From assembly GCA_963705255.1 (NCBI GenBank), contig OY970061.1, positions 1,024,001 through 1,088,000 of the forward strand: 64,000 nucleotides of DNA. Direction: 5' to 3'. Positions 47,812 through 59,213 of this stretch are shown piece after piece. This DNA is from an uncultured Methanoregulaceae archaeon. GTDB taxonomy: Archaea > Halobacteriota > Methanomicrobia > Methanomicrobiales > Methanospirillaceae. The notes under the pieces were generated by a model. The model was not told where the DNA came from. It did no database searches and saw nothing but the letters and a program-made list of their open reading frames with translations. Every line of letters starts with the position of its first letter. Within the stretch, counting starts at the first letter, position 1. Position numbers and translations under genes: made by a program.

Positions 47812-49963
47812 TTATCTGATAAACCGGAACCTTCCCGGAGGCACGAGAATCTCAAACCGTTCACCTTTCCCCGGTTCTCCGGTTTCGGTTATTGTGATCC
47901 CGGTGAAACTGAGAAGCTCCCGGATCAGGAAGAGGTCATGCGAAATACCCGTAGTATATCCCGGATCGAAAATCTTCTCTTTTTCTTCCGCGGGGGACCC
48001 GCTGCTCTCATCCTGGTACACCAAGCGGAGGGAATCGTCGTCCATTTCTGCAGAGAGGCGGATCTTCGCAAGGCGTGCGCCTCCCCGCTTCAGGGACTGT
48101 TCCAGGAGGTTGTAAAAGACACGGGGGAGGAGAGGGTCTGCAAAAATCTCGATATTTTCCATATCTGCAGAGATATCCAGGGTATTTTCAGGAAGCAGTT
48201 CTGCCATCTCGTAAAACGTCCGGGAGACTGATTGCCATTTCGGAGAGATGAGGCCGACTTCCTGGAGTGCCCGCATGAACGCGATCTGGTTCCGGATGGT
48301 CTCAATCGAACCTATGGTCTTGTCGAAGAGTTGCTGCACCTCATCATGCGTGTTCTTCAGTTGTGCACGCTCCAGCTGGTTCACGATAACGGAGAGGTTC
48401 TCCAGGATATCGTGGCGGGTGATGCTGAACAGGAGGTCCATCTTGAGGTTGATATTTCCCGGGCTGATGTCTTCCGATATCCCCAGTATGTACCTGGGGT
48501 GCCCCTCCTGAATCAAAGACCGGAACAATGATGGTCCGGATAATCCGCCCGCGCATGTATTTACGGGATACAATCTGTTTCTGTCCATCTTTCCCGCTTA
48601 CCAAGACCCGTCGGTCTTCGTCCTCAATAGCGGAAACAACCTCTGCCGGAAACAGGTCGCGGTCGGTTTTTCCAATTGCCTGCGTTGCTGCAACATGGAA
48701 CAGCTCCTCACTGGTCTTGTTCCAGTAAATATATCTCCCGGTGTCAGCCCGTTTGATGAACACCGCAATCGGAAGATTGTCAATCATCTCATTCTGGAAC
48801 TTCTCGCCATCCTTGAAGTTCCTGATCGCACCCTTGAGCGAGTCCACCATCATATTGATGCTCTGCTCGAGGACAATGAACTCACGGATCTGCGGGGTCC
48901 CGATCCGGTGTTCAAGGTCCCCGCAGGCAATTTTGTTTGCATCCTCGGCAATTCCGGCAATCGGTCGTGTCAGGCGCCGGGACACGAGGAACGCAAGGGC
49001 ACAACCGACGGCGATTGCAGCAACCGCAAAAAGAACGTGGAAGACCAGCAGGCGTTCAAGGGCGTCCTGTATCAGTCCTGTATTATAGGAGATCTCGACG
49101 ATCCTGCTTGGATCGGATCCGTACTTCGCGTTCTCAAGGTCAATGAACAGATAGTGGGTTGTCCGTGAATGTTCCGGGTCCGGAACGACCAGGTCCTGGC
49201 GGGACTGGATAACCTGCTGGAGGTATCCTTCAACCTGGCCATCTGGCAGGCTGTTGTCGTCAACGCTACGTCCCATGGTATTGAAAACCTGGTATTGTTC
49301 GGCATAAGGATCTGATAATATGATGCCGGCGATATTTTTGCGGTCGTCCAGTTCCGCATTCATCTGGTCGAACGACGGGCTGGCGAGTCCAAGTTCGAGC
49401 ACGTAGCGATGGTCCGCCGTCGGCATATAAGCATATTTCCTGAACTGGCCGGACCCGAGGAATTCGTGTACTACGCGGTCCGGGAAGAAACCCTCGGACA
49501 ACCGGATTGTTGTCAGATATTTATAAAAATACGGGACCTGCCTAAAATCCTGGCCAAGTTCCGGTGCATAGGTCGTCTCGACAATGACCCCGGATTCATT
49601 GATCACGTAAATATCGAAACCCTCGCCAAGCTTGGTCTTGATCGAATCGAGGTCCATCCGGGCAGGATCACGGCCGACGCGCTCGTATTCATTATTCACT
49701 TCGTTGAGCCCGGCAAGCATCCGGTCATTCATGCTGTTGTCGAGAATATTCGCCGCGGTATCTGTAAGGCGCATCGCCTCTTCAACATTTCTCTCCGTCT
49801 GGACCTGCATATACGCGGATTCCTGATCGAACGTGTTTTTCGCATAAAAGTAGTAATTCGCCGTAAGAAAGCCGACAATAAAGACTACCAGAACGACCAT
49901 GAAGACCAGCAGGTACATTGAGAAAGACTGGCCTTTTTTTTCAGGAACTTCCTTCGGGCTCAT
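47812..49963 (-). CDS. Membrane sensor histidine kinase (TM-sensor-TM-HAMP-PAS-HisKA-HATPase), frameshift near 48505
   Basis: TM segments, HAMP, PAS in one frame; ITRHDILE H-box, ADPLLPRVFYNL, GERFEILVP in the next; N/G boxes degenerate. Confidence 0.85.
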
Positions 49964-50096
49964 GATATTCTTCCGCGGAGGTCCGCCCCCCATGGCAGAG
50001 CCACTCGTCCACAACCGGCACAGCCATGTCCGGTCCTGGGAAAATACCGAATACGAGTCATGCATTCAGGCAGGCCATGACGGGAAATTACGACGA

Positions 50097-51383
50097 TCAT
50101 TCAGCTCCTGCATCAGCGAGAAGCTGGAATATGATGTCGTAATTTTCATTCTTCTCGGTCCGGTAGCGGTGGACCGCCCAGACGAGACTTGAATCTCCGG
50201 AGGACTTGTACGGGGTGACTTTTTTTGCATGGACATTTGCCCCTTTGCGCAGGAGGAGATCGACCATCTCGACCTGCCCGTTCCATACCGCGGCCATAAG
50301 AGGAGTCTCACCGTCGTCGAGTTTCACATCGATATCGGCACCCTGCTCAAGCAGGAACTCGACACTCGTCGTATGGCCATTGATGGCTGCTGCGTATAGC
50401 GGGGTTATCCCCCGGGGGGATTTTTCCTGGACACCGGCACCGTGCTCGGCAAGGTTCCTGACAATATTGAGGTTGCCGATCCGTGCCGCGTGGGTGAGGA
50501 CCGATATCCCTTTGTTGTCCCTGATCCCGAGGTCAGCCCGGTTCTCGATCAGGAGATTCACGCACAGCTCTTTCTGGGGTTCGAACTGCGGTTTCAGCCT
50601 CGCTATCATAGGAGACGTCATGAAATCGGCCAGGGTCACCGAGGAACCGACGAGCCGCAGGTGGATGAGGTTCTCTACCAGTTCCCCGACAGTAGAGATA
50701 ACCGCATACATCAGCGCCGTTTTTCCTTCGGTATCCCGGAGGTCAATCGCAGTATTCTGTTCGAGGAGGACTTGGATGATCTGGTAATTCGCCATGCTCG
50801 CGGCAGCCATCAGCGGCGTCGTACCGAACATGTTGAACTCGTTGGGGTTGGCACCGGAAGAGAGGAGCATGTTGATGATCCGGACTGGATTGTAATCCGG
50901 GTGGTAGCGGGAATATCTGTACATGATCTCGATGAGCTTTTTGTAAAACTCGTGGTCAAGGTTGTCAAAAAAGATCGACGGGTTGGTGGAAGCCACGAGG
51001 AGGGGTGTCCAGCCTTCCTCGGTCTTCTGGGAAACACTTGCCTTATAGGACAGGAGCGCACGGACAGCTTCAAAATTGTTCTGCAGGCAGGCAAAGATGA
51101 GCGGGCTGTACCCGTTCGCAGTAGTGAGATTGGCATCAGCCCCTGATTCCAGAAGGACCCGGGCGATCCGGGGATCGGCACACATCATGGATTTGATCAG
51201 GGGGGTCTCACCATGGGGTCCGCGGTAATTGAGGTTTGCCCCCTGTGCAAAGACGGATCTCACCGAATTCAGATCGTTCTTTTCCACAGCTTCCATCAGC
51301 TGCATGTCCGGTGTGCGGGAAAACATCGGTCGCATCCCCGATATCTCATATTTTTCGAGGACCTTTGATAGAATTTCAGGCAT
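50097..51383 (-). CDS. Ankyrin repeat protein
   Basis: Repeated GxTPLxxA...LL..GA motifs (about 9). Confidence 0.92.
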   Translation of the reverse strand: MPEILSKVLEKYEISGMRPMFSRTPDMQLMEAVEKNDLNSVRSVFAQGANLNYRGPHGETPLIKSMMCADPRIARVLLESGADANLTTANGYSPLIFACLQNNFEAVRALLSYKASVSQKTEEGWTPLLVASTNPSIFFDNLDHEFYKKLIEIMYRYSRYHPDYNPVRIINMLLSSGANPNEFNMFGTTPLMAAASMANYQIIQVLLEQNTAIDLRDTEGKTALMYAVISTVGELVENLIHLRLVGSSVTLADFMTSPMIARLKPQFEPQKELCVNLLIENRADLGIRDNKGISVLTHAARIGNLNIVRNLAEHGAGVQEKSPRGITPLYAAAINGHTTSVEFLLEQGADIDVKLDDGETPLMAAVWNGQVEMVDLLLRKGANVHAKKVTPYKSSGDSSLVWAVHRYRTEKNENYDIIFQLLADAGAE

Positions 51384-51463
51384 TAAATACTAGATCTTTC
51401 GGTCTTTTATAACGTGAAAAATAATTTATATCTGATAAAAGGAGAGAAATATTCCTGATCGTA

Positions 51464-52065
51464 CTATTTCAGTGCTTCGGAAATTACCTCTTTTACCTTT
51501 TCGTCCTGTTCAATCTCCATGGCATCACTGAGGGCACCGGTCGCCCGGTCCCCCCGATTGCATCGAGCGCCCGCACCGCCATCATGCGGACGTACCGGTT
51601 TTCATCCTTCAGCAGGATGATCATCGGTTCAATTGCATCGGAATCCCCCAGTTCGCGGAGTCCTTTTGCGGCCATGTACCTGACATGTTCCCGGTTGTCC
51701 TTCAGCCCCTGGATCAGCGGTTTGACAGCTTTTTCATCCGCGATCCTTCCCAGCGCTTCCGCAGCCCGGTAGCGTGTCTCCCACCTGGGCTCTTTCATGG
51801 CGGCAGCGAGGGGTTCGATCGCTGCCTTCCCGATTGCAGACAGCGCAAGCGTCGCCTGTTCGCGCACGGATTTGTCAAAGTCGGCAAGCGCCTCGATAAG
51901 GGGCTGAATGGCCCGCGGGTTGCGCGCCTTCCCCAGAAGGTACGCTGCATACAGTCTTACCTCCGGGTCGGTGTTGTCCCGTAAGGTCCTGACCAGGCCA
52001 TCGATCTCCATCTTCTCGAGCTCATCCCCGCCTTCCGGTTTTTCAGGTGCATTTTTCTCTGTCAT
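51464..52065 (-). CDS. HEAT (PBS-lyase-type) repeat protein; frameshift in G-run near 51552
   Basis: VR..AA..LG...AIxPLI..L.D repeats; adding one G restores ...GGDRATGALSDAMEIEQDEKVKEVISEALK*. Confidence 0.88.
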
Positions 52066-52319
52066 AGTATCATCATCAAGTATCACCCGTTTTCTTATAT
52101 AAGGGCGATCCAGCGGACGAAGTGCTTGGGCATGAACATTGGTAATCAAAAGGGTACTTCCTGAACAGCTGATTCATTCAGGCGGAGGAAGATAATCCGC
52201 TGATCCCGTCAGTGCACCGGCCTGCAGCCATGCTGATGGAAAACGGGAAATACCCGATTACTTCAAATTTATTCGCAGTCTACGCTTTGTTTTTATATTT
52301 CTCCGGCCATGGTCAGTAT

Positions 52320-53258
52320 ATGAATTACAAAGTGATCGCATTCCTCATAGTCTGCATCGCGGTGATTGCAGCTGCGGGGTGCCTGGGACTCCCGTCCGGA
52401 AATTTTGTCAAGTCGTCCTCTTCACAGGAAGTTGTGACCGTCTCCCCGGATTCTGCCGGGAGTGGTCTTTCAGAAGAGAGGATTGTCTGGTCCGGCAGCA
52501 CCGGTACCCCTGCTGTTCCGATGCCTTCATCGGTTCCGACCCCCTCCCGGTCCAATACCGGTTCTGGCAGTACTGACACGAAAATTATCAGGACCGCCTA
52601 CCTGTCAGTCGAAGTGAAGGACGTCCCGGCTGCCGTGGATTCACTCACGGCCATAGCGACAGCCGAGGGCGGCTATCTCTCTTCTTCGAATGTCCAGAAG
52701 GATTCCAGCAACCGCGTCTCCGGTACCGTTGTTCTCCGTGTTCCTGCGGCAGTATTCGATGCTGCTGTCTCCGGAGTGAAGGCGGTCGGCGTCGTCAATT
52801 CAATCTCGACTCAGGGAGAGGATGTGACTGAAGAGTATGTCGACCTGCAGGCACAGAAGACATCGTACCAGAACCAGCTCGCCCAGTACAATGAGATCAT
52901 GAAAAAGAGCGAAAAGGTCGAGGATATTATCAAAGTCCAGGAACAGATCGATCTGGTACAGACCGAACTGGACCGGCTGAACGGGAGGCTGAACTACCTC
53001 AACAACCGCATCGACATCTCTACTATCACGGTGAATCTTCAGGAACCCGAGCCAGTTGGCAGCCAGTCGGAACATGATTTTGTCTCCACCATCAATGAAG
53101 GGATCTCCGGCTTCCTCGGCATGGTCGACGCGATTATCGTTCTTTTCTTAACGCTGCTCCCACTTATCATTATCGGGGGCATCGGCTACGAATTCTACCA
53201 CTGGTACAAGGGACGACAGGGCAGCGCTCCCATACGACGTGATGATAAAAAGGAATAA
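52320..53258 (+). CDS. DUF4349-family lipoprotein/membrane protein
   Basis: AAGC lipobox, KIIRTA, EDVTEEYVDL coiled coil, C-terminal TM. Confidence 0.85.
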   Translation: MNYKVIAFLIVCIAVIAAAGCLGLPSGNFVKSSSSQEVVTVSPDSAGSGLSEERIVWSGSTGTPAVPMPSSVPTPSRSNTGSGSTDTKIIRTAYLSVEVKDVPAAVDSLTAIATAEGGYLSSSNVQKDSSNRVSGTVVLRVPAAVFDAAVSGVKAVGVVNSISTQGEDVTEEYVDLQAQKTSYQNQLAQYNEIMKKSEKVEDIIKVQEQIDLVQTELDRLNGRLNYLNNRIDISTITVNLQEPEPVGSQSEHDFVSTINEGISGFLGMVDAIIVLFLTLLPLIIIGGIGYEFYHWYKGRQGSAPIRRDDKKE

Positions 53259-53265
53259 AACAGTT

Positions 53266-53894
53266 TTATTTTTTCTGCTGTTCTTCAAGCAGGACGCGGA
53301 TCTTTTTCAACTCGTTGATGATCAAGAGGTTGGTCGCCGTCGAACCTACCGCTGCCTCATCGGCCTGCCGGGCTGGAGATTTTTGGCCAGTGCCATCGCC
53401 AAGGGCACTGCACTGCCGGACCGCCGTACGGATGAGCTCGCGGAGTTCATCGGCATGCTCTATGGCCTCGATCCTGATCTCGGGCAATCCCTGTCCCGAA
53501 TACCCGGCGGTCTGGATCGAGATGCTCGAAATCTTCAGCCATCGCATGACCGGCCCCTGCCTGAGATCGATATTTGTAATCCGGTTGTACGGCACAATAC
53601 CGGTCGTGCGGAACCATACACCCCGTTTCCAGCGCATTTCGTCATCGTGGAGTTCATACCACATGCTGTCATAGTACAGGCGGGTCCAGAAAGCAAAAAC
53701 AACGGTGATACCGAGAATTCCGGCAAGAGCTGCGGCAAGGAGCAGATGATCAGGACCAGTTGCAACCAGGGCGGGACGATCGCAACAGCGAGAATAAAGA
53801 CCATAAAGAGGACAAAGTCGAGGATGAACCAGGATACAAGGGCCGGGGACGGCCTGAACGGTACATTGCGAGGGAACGGGTCGGATGGGGACAT
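53266..53894 (-). CDS. Bacterial-PH (bPH_2/YdbS-like) membrane protein, frameshifted
   Basis: TM N-part in one frame; RGVWFRTTGIVPYNRITNIDLRQGP...IQTAG in another. Confidence 0.8.
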
Positions 53895-53947
53895 AGTAGA
53901 TCAGATCTATATCAGAACAGGTTCAAAAAAGGGTATCGGGTAACCGG

Positions 53948-55624
53948 TCAGGATGTTTTCGTAGTCGTTTGTGCCGCCGCAGGCGTGGTCATGGCCGCAG
54001 TGATGCCGGCAGTTCCATTACCACTCTGGACCGCTCCCGTTGTGGTGGTCACCAGTGTCCCTCCACCGGTCTGCGCAGGTTGGGCAACGCCCGTTGTGGC
54101 GTCCGCTGAAAGAGTCACCGTACCATACCTTGTGCTGACGCTTCCCTGCGTAAGCAGCTTGCCGTCTTTGTAGATCTCGACGGTCAGGGCATGCGTTGTT
54201 GAACTGTCCAGCTTCTGGAAACTGGCCCGGATACTTCCGGTTGCATTCACTATCTCAAAGTACCTGTCGCCGGAGCTCTGCACGGTCTGCAGATCCGCCG
54301 GCATGCCGTAGGTCCCTTTGTACCCGCCAATATAGTTGACATGCACCTGGACTCCGGTCGGGGGGACGGGCTGCGTTGTTGTTGCGGCAATAATAAGAGT
54401 CGGAGCGGCTCCGACAGGGCTTGTTGTGGCGACAGCAGTAACCGTGGCGCTGGAAGATCCCTCCACTGCTCCCGCTCCTCCGGAGGTCAGCATCGGGAGG
54501 AGGAATATGGCTCCGGCCCCGACTGCGACAATGACGATGAGTATGGCGATGACGACGATGACCGTTCTTTTACCAAGCTTAAAGCCGGATCCCCGTCCGC
54601 GTTTTTTCGGCGCCGGGGGCAGACCCGTAGAGGTTTCGGGTGCCAGCTTCGGGGGTACCGGTACGCGTCTCTTTCGCGAGAAAAGCCGTGAGAGAAAGCC
54701 CTGTTTCGGCGGCTTCCTGGAGGACTGGCGCCCCTTGATAGGCTGGTCCCGGGCCATCGCATTCTGGAGGGGTGAAGGTTCCTTTCCCGGCCCTGCATCC
54801 CATGCGGGGATCTGCTGCGGAATTTCCTGAGGACGGGTCTCATCTGCCGGCCGTGCTCTCTGGGTTCCTGCCGGGGGAGAGGTGGCAGGGTACGGGGACG
54901 GCGAGGGCTTCATTCCGGCTGGCACGACAATAGGAGTCCCGCAACGGTTGCAGAATGCAGAGTCTGAGGAGACCTTGTTGCCGCACCGGGTGCAGAATAC
55001 ATGGGTGACTTGAGGTGGCACTACCGGTTCCCGTACCGGGGGTAGCGGGGGAGACGACTGGACCGGTGCGGGAGCCGGGGGCGGTAATGCAACAGACCCG
55101 GTCTCGACAATCCTTTTGAGAGGACGAACGCCTTCAATCTCCTTTTTCGGAGTTCCCTTTGCTGCAGGTATGGTCGGTGATGCCATGGTGTTGACCACCT
55201 CAATCCGCGGGGGGGAGACAGATTGTGATTGTTTCTGGGCCTGGTCCGCACCGGGGATGACCTTGCGGATGACTTGTTCAAAGGATGACGTCATATTTTC
55301 CGCGATGACCTGCTTCCATTCATCCCGTTCCCTGACCCGGTTCCCTCCTGCCTGGCGGGAGAAGGTCAGGATCATCTGCCGGGTTTCTCCGGGATTTGCC
55401 TCGATGGAGAGCGTGAGGGTCTGGTCCCGGATTGCGTTTTCGCCGCTTTCAACCTTTTTCAGGGTCTCCAGCAGGATCTCTTTTGGCGGAAGGAGATTTT
55501 TTACCCTATCAACAAGGAATATACGCTTGTTGGTGAGGATTCCCTCAAACGGAATAGACTTGACAAAGATCCCCTGCGTCCTCAGGAGGATTTTTTCGCC
55601 ACTGCGGAATTCTGGGTCGCCCAT
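53948..55624 (-). CDS. Membrane protein: PH-like N-domain, Pro-rich linker, zinc ribbon, TM, extracellular domain
   Basis: GILTNKRIFL, FCTRCG...FCNRCG, basic stretch + TM, Thr-rich C-terminus. Confidence 0.8.
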   Translation of the reverse strand: MGDPEFRSGEKILLRTQGIFVKSIPFEGILTNKRIFLVDRVKNLLPPKEILLETLKKVESGENAIRDQTLTLSIEANPGETRQMILTFSRQAGGNRVRERDEWKQVIAENMTSSFEQVIRKVIPGADQAQKQSQSVSPPRIEVVNTMASPTIPAAKGTPKKEIEGVRPLKRIVETGSVALPPPAPAPVQSSPPLPPVREPVVPPQVTHVFCTRCGNKVSSDSAFCNRCGTPIVVPAGMKPSPSPYPATSPPAGTQRARPADETRPQEIPQQIPAWDAGPGKEPSPLQNAMARDQPIKGRQSSRKPPKQGFLSRLFSRKRRVPVPPKLAPETSTGLPPAPKKRGRGSGFKLGKRTVIVVIAILIVIVAVGAGAIFLLPMLTSGGAGAVEGSSSATVTAVATTSPVGAAPTLIIAATTTQPVPPTGVQVHVNYIGGYKGTYGMPADLQTVQSSGDRYFEIVNATGSIRASFQKLDSSTTHALTVEIYKDGKLLTQGSVSTRYGTVTLSADATTGVAQPAQTGGGTLVTTTTGAVQSGNGTAGITAAMTTPAAAQTTTKTS

Positions 55625-55761
55625 GATACCACGTTCTTCCTTCTATCGCTAGAGGTTGTATCCGTGCCATGAAAAAGATATTTATCGAAAGAGAAGGGGA
55701 TGCCCCCCTCGATCACCCGATTCTTTTGGTTATTCACCAAAAAGAGAGAATTCGTGACCTT

Positions 55762-56190
55762 TCATTTTGGGAATTCTATAGAGTCCGGCAGTGCGCCGTT
55801 CTGGGCAAGCACTTCCCTGAGCTGGACTGAAGCCTGCATCTGCGACTTGATCTCTGACGAGATGGTGATCCCGCATTCTTTTGAAGCGGGGTCATCGGGA
55901 ATGCAGTTGCACAGGTCACCGGCAAGGCCCAGGTCGAACACGTACTTGATGATGTGGTTCTGGACAAACGTAAGTTCCGCCATCATCTTCAGGTTAGGGG
56001 TCCTTGTCCCGGCAAAGGTAAACCGGATCACATCTTCGAGAGGATGGGGGAACCCTTCCACCGACAATTTGATGAAGCATTCCACTTCAAAACGCTCGTT
56101 CTCGGTCCTTTTTACTGCCGAGTGCTCGATACTCATCATGAGGACACGGTCGGCAGGGATCAGGTGGATGTGATGATCCTTGTCGAGCAT
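55762..56190 (-). CDS. Hypothetical protein
   Basis: Clean ORF with CNC...C near C-terminus; no family recognised. Confidence 0.6.
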   Translation of the reverse strand: MLDKDHHIHLIPADRVLMMSIEHSAVKRTENERFEVECFIKLSVEGFPHPLEDVIRFTFAGTRTPNLKMMAELTFVQNHIIKYVFDLGLAGDLCNCIPDDPASKECGITISSEIKSQMQASVQLREVLAQNGALPDSIEFPK

Positions 56191-56326
56191 CGCTATGCTG
56201 GTTACTGGCAAAATCTTTCACCCCTGCTTGATCTTCTGCTGCAGGGAATAAAGCGCTTGTGCTTGGATTTTTGGGAACGGTGCTCAGCCACCAACAATTT
56301 AAATTTCCCGTGCCCCGGTGTACACT

Positions 56327-56956
56327 ATGAGGCAAAGATTCCTCCCGTGTGCTGCGCTGATGATGCTGGTCCTCTTTTCTGTCGTTTCAACGGGGTGCAC
56401 CACCACCCTGTTTGGGCCGGCGCCGCAGTATCACCAGCAGCCGGCAGCGACACCAGCGTTCGCGGTCCAGACCACTTCACCTGCCATCACAGACATTGCA
56501 CTCACTCTCTCCGACCTTCCCGGGGATTATCTTCTCAGGGACCGTTCCGTTGTTGCGTATGAGCAGGTAGGACAAGTCTTCCGCGAACTTTCCTGGCAGC
56601 AGGGGTACGAAGTATCGTTCTACCGCATGAACCGGGCAAAAGGTGACAATACGCTCGTCCGCCAGATGATCAGCATCTTTCCCGCGGATCGGGTCGATAC
56701 AGTATACGAAGTAGAGAAGGAATCCATGCTTGCACAGCCGGATGGGACCACGCGCTATGAGGTGCCGTTTCCGACCACCGGTGACGAAAGTATCGCTTTC
56801 AGGGAGAACGACCTAAATGCGCCTGAAAGAAATGTCACGTATTCGCTCCTGTTTGCCAAAAATAACGTGTACGAAACGATCACCATGGGCGGGACTACAA
56901 CCGACTACGAAACCCTCAAGGATCTCGCACTGAAAGCGGCCGGTAGGATACCGTGA
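56327..56956 (+). CDS. Putative lipoprotein
   Basis: Hydrophobic signal + STGC lipobox; ALTLSDLPGDY motif. Confidence 0.75.
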   Translation: MRQRFLPCAALMMLVLFSVVSTGCTTTLFGPAPQYHQQPAATPAFAVQTTSPAITDIALTLSDLPGDYLLRDRSVVAYEQVGQVFRELSWQQGYEVSFYRMNRAKGDNTLVRQMISIFPADRVDTVYEVEKESMLAQPDGTTRYEVPFPTTGDESIAFRENDLNAPERNVTYSLLFAKNNVYETITMGGTTTDYETLKDLALKAAGRIP

Positions 56957-57022
56957 TGCCGGCACACCGGAACGACGTTTTTAGTATTTTGGAAGGAATA
57001 GTAACTGAGAGGAACCATTCCG

Positions 57023-57493
57023 ATGGTCTTCACCTGCCGGCAGTGCGGTTCGTGCTGCATGTACCTTGGCGATTATATTGTGATCGAGCGCCAGACCGGC
57101 CCCTTCACGTTCGAATGCTGCTCGGTCTCGACAGATACCATGTTTACGGCAGAGGTCGACCCGGACAAGCGCCACCTCTTCCCGGATACCACGTTCCCGG
57201 AACGCCACCCGTCCGCCTGCCGGTTCCTCCGCCCGGACGGGGACCTGGTCCGCTGCACGATCCACCGGGACAGCCCGGCGCAGTGCAAATTCTACCGGTG
57301 TACGGTCATGCGGGTGACCGACCCCTCGGGCAAACCTGTCGGTACCGTGACCGGGACCCTCGCCCTTCATTCCGATAACCCAGCACTCAGGAAGATATGG
57401 GAGGTGGTGGAACGGCTCCGTCCCGGCCCGGATGCTGATGCCGAGCGCTGGATCGCAGTGTTCCTGCAGGAGAGAGGCTACCGGGTGGACTGA
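57023..57493 (+). CDS. YkgJ-family (CxxCxxCC) cysteine-cluster protein
   Basis: FTCRQCGSCC, CRFL, CTIH..SPAQCKFY. Confidence 0.88.
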   Translation: MVFTCRQCGSCCMYLGDYIVIERQTGPFTFECCSVSTDTMFTAEVDPDKRHLFPDTTFPERHPSACRFLRPDGDLVRCTIHRDSPAQCKFYRCTVMRVTDPSGKPVGTVTGTLALHSDNPALRKIWEVVERLRPGPDADAERWIAVFLQERGYRVD

Positions 57494-57544
57494 CCGGCGG
57501 GATTTTGAAAAACGAGCCTTGGAAAGGCGGGTCCTGTTCCCGCA

Positions 57545-58246
57545 CTATATCCCAAGGTAGGCCTTCTGGATATGGTTCTCGTGTAAGAGTTTCTTTGCCC
57601 CACCGGAGAGGACAATCCTCCCGTTCTCGAGAACATATCCCCGCTGGCACATGTCCAGCGCGTTTCGCACGTTCTGCTCCAGAAGAAGGATGGTCATCCC
57701 TTCCCGCCCGAGCTGCTCCAGCGCCCTGAAGACCTGCCCGGTGATGAGCGGCGAGAGGCCGGTGGAGGGTTCGTCAAGGATCAGCAGCCGGGGCCCGGAC
57801 ATGAGTGCACGGCCCATGACCAGCATCTGCTGCTCTCCCCCGCTCAGGGTACCGGCCTTCTGCCGTTCCCGCTCCCTGAGGATGGGAAAGAGCCCGTATA
57901 CCTTGCGCAGGAAAAACTCCCTCCCGCTTTTTCCTGAAGCACCGAGGAGAAGGTTCTCGAGAACGGGCATTTTCGCGAAGATCTCCCGCTTCTCAGGTAC
58001 GAGCGCTATTCCCTTATGGAAGATCTCGTATGGCGGAAGCCCGAGGATCTCTTCACCGAGGAACCGGACCGAGCCAGAGGCATTCCGGTTCAGCCCGGCA
58101 ATTGTCTCCACGGTCGTTGTCTTGCCGGCACCGTTCGGGCCGATGAGCGTCACCATCTCCTTTTCTCCGACACGAAAGTCCATGTCCCAGACTACATGGA
58201 GGTTGCCATGAAAGACGTTGAGGCCCGATATTTCCAGCAACGCCAC
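57545..58246 (-). CDS. livF: Branched-chain amino acid ABC transporter ATPase
   Basis: GPNGAGKT, LSGGEQQM, LDEPSTGLSP, LLEQN. Confidence 0.92.
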   Translation of the reverse strand: MALLEISGLNVFHGNLHVVWDMDFRVGEKEMVTLIGPNGAGKTTTVETIAGLNRNASGSVRFLGEEILGLPPYEIFHKGIALVPEKREIFAKMPVLENLLLGASGKSGREFFLRKVYGLFPILRERERQKAGTLSGGEQQMLVMGRALMSGPRLLILDEPSTGLSPLITGQVFRALEQLGREGMTILLLEQNVRNALDMCQRGYVLENGRIVLSGGAKKLLHENHIQKAYLGI

Positions 58247-58254
58247 ACCACCTC

Positions 58255-58990
58255 TCAGAAGATTTCCATATCGCCGAGGTAAGTATCAATGACCTGCCGG
58301 TTGTTCACCACTTCATAGGGTTTCCCCTCGGCAATCTTCTCCCCGTGATCCAGCACGACAATCCGGTCGGATACCCCCATGATGACGCTCATGATGTGCT
58401 CTATGATCATGACGGAAGTCCCCTGGTCACGGATCTTTTTTATCAGGCCCACCGCTTCGCTGCTCTCCCGGGGGTTCAGCCCCGTGATGAGCTCATCCAG
58501 GAGGAGGAGGCGGGGTTTTGAGGCAAGCGCCCGGGCAAGCTGCACCCGTTTGAGCTCGATGACGTTCAGGTTCCGGTTTAGCGTATCAAATTTCTCCTCC
58601 GGCAGGCCCACGTACCCGAGAATCTTGGCCGCCTCGCCCGCTGCCTCTTTCATTCCCGGCGGATGGCTGTTGCCAAAGAGTACCCCAATCATGACGCACT
58701 CCCGGGCCGAGAGGTTCGGAAAAGATTCCGCGATCTGGAATGTCTTTGCGATTCCTTTCCTGCAGATCCGGTCTGCTTTGAGGCCGGTGATATCCTCGCT
58801 GCAGAATGTCACCCTGCCCGAGGTTGGCGGGGTGATACCGGAGATGATATTCAGGAGTGTCGTCTTACCGGCACCATTGGGGCCAACCAGCCCGACGATC
58901 TCGCCCTCCCCGACAGTCAGGTCCACACCGCTGACGGCGCAGAGCCCGCCTATCTGTTTTGTCACTCCCGTCAGGTTGAGCGTGGTACCA
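58255..58990 (-). CDS. livG: Branched-chain amino acid ABC transporter ATPase (start uncertain)
   Basis: GPNGAGKT, AKTFQ, LLLDE, IEHIM, VLDHGEKIAEG.P..V. Confidence 0.9.
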
Positions 58991-59213
58991 CCCTGTGCTA
59001 ATTATCGACATGCATTAGGTTGCCGGACATGATATTAATAGATGCAGGATTTACCCACGGGAGGTTCAACTCCGTTCAGGGAGACGCTGGGAACGGGAGG
59101 CCGCAGGATACAGATTCCGGATCAGGTAAAAAAGGCAATGATTATATTATTTGACCCCGGACGTTCACAATGCCGTGCTATGGCATAGCAGGGGAATATC
59201 CGTGAACCAGCAC

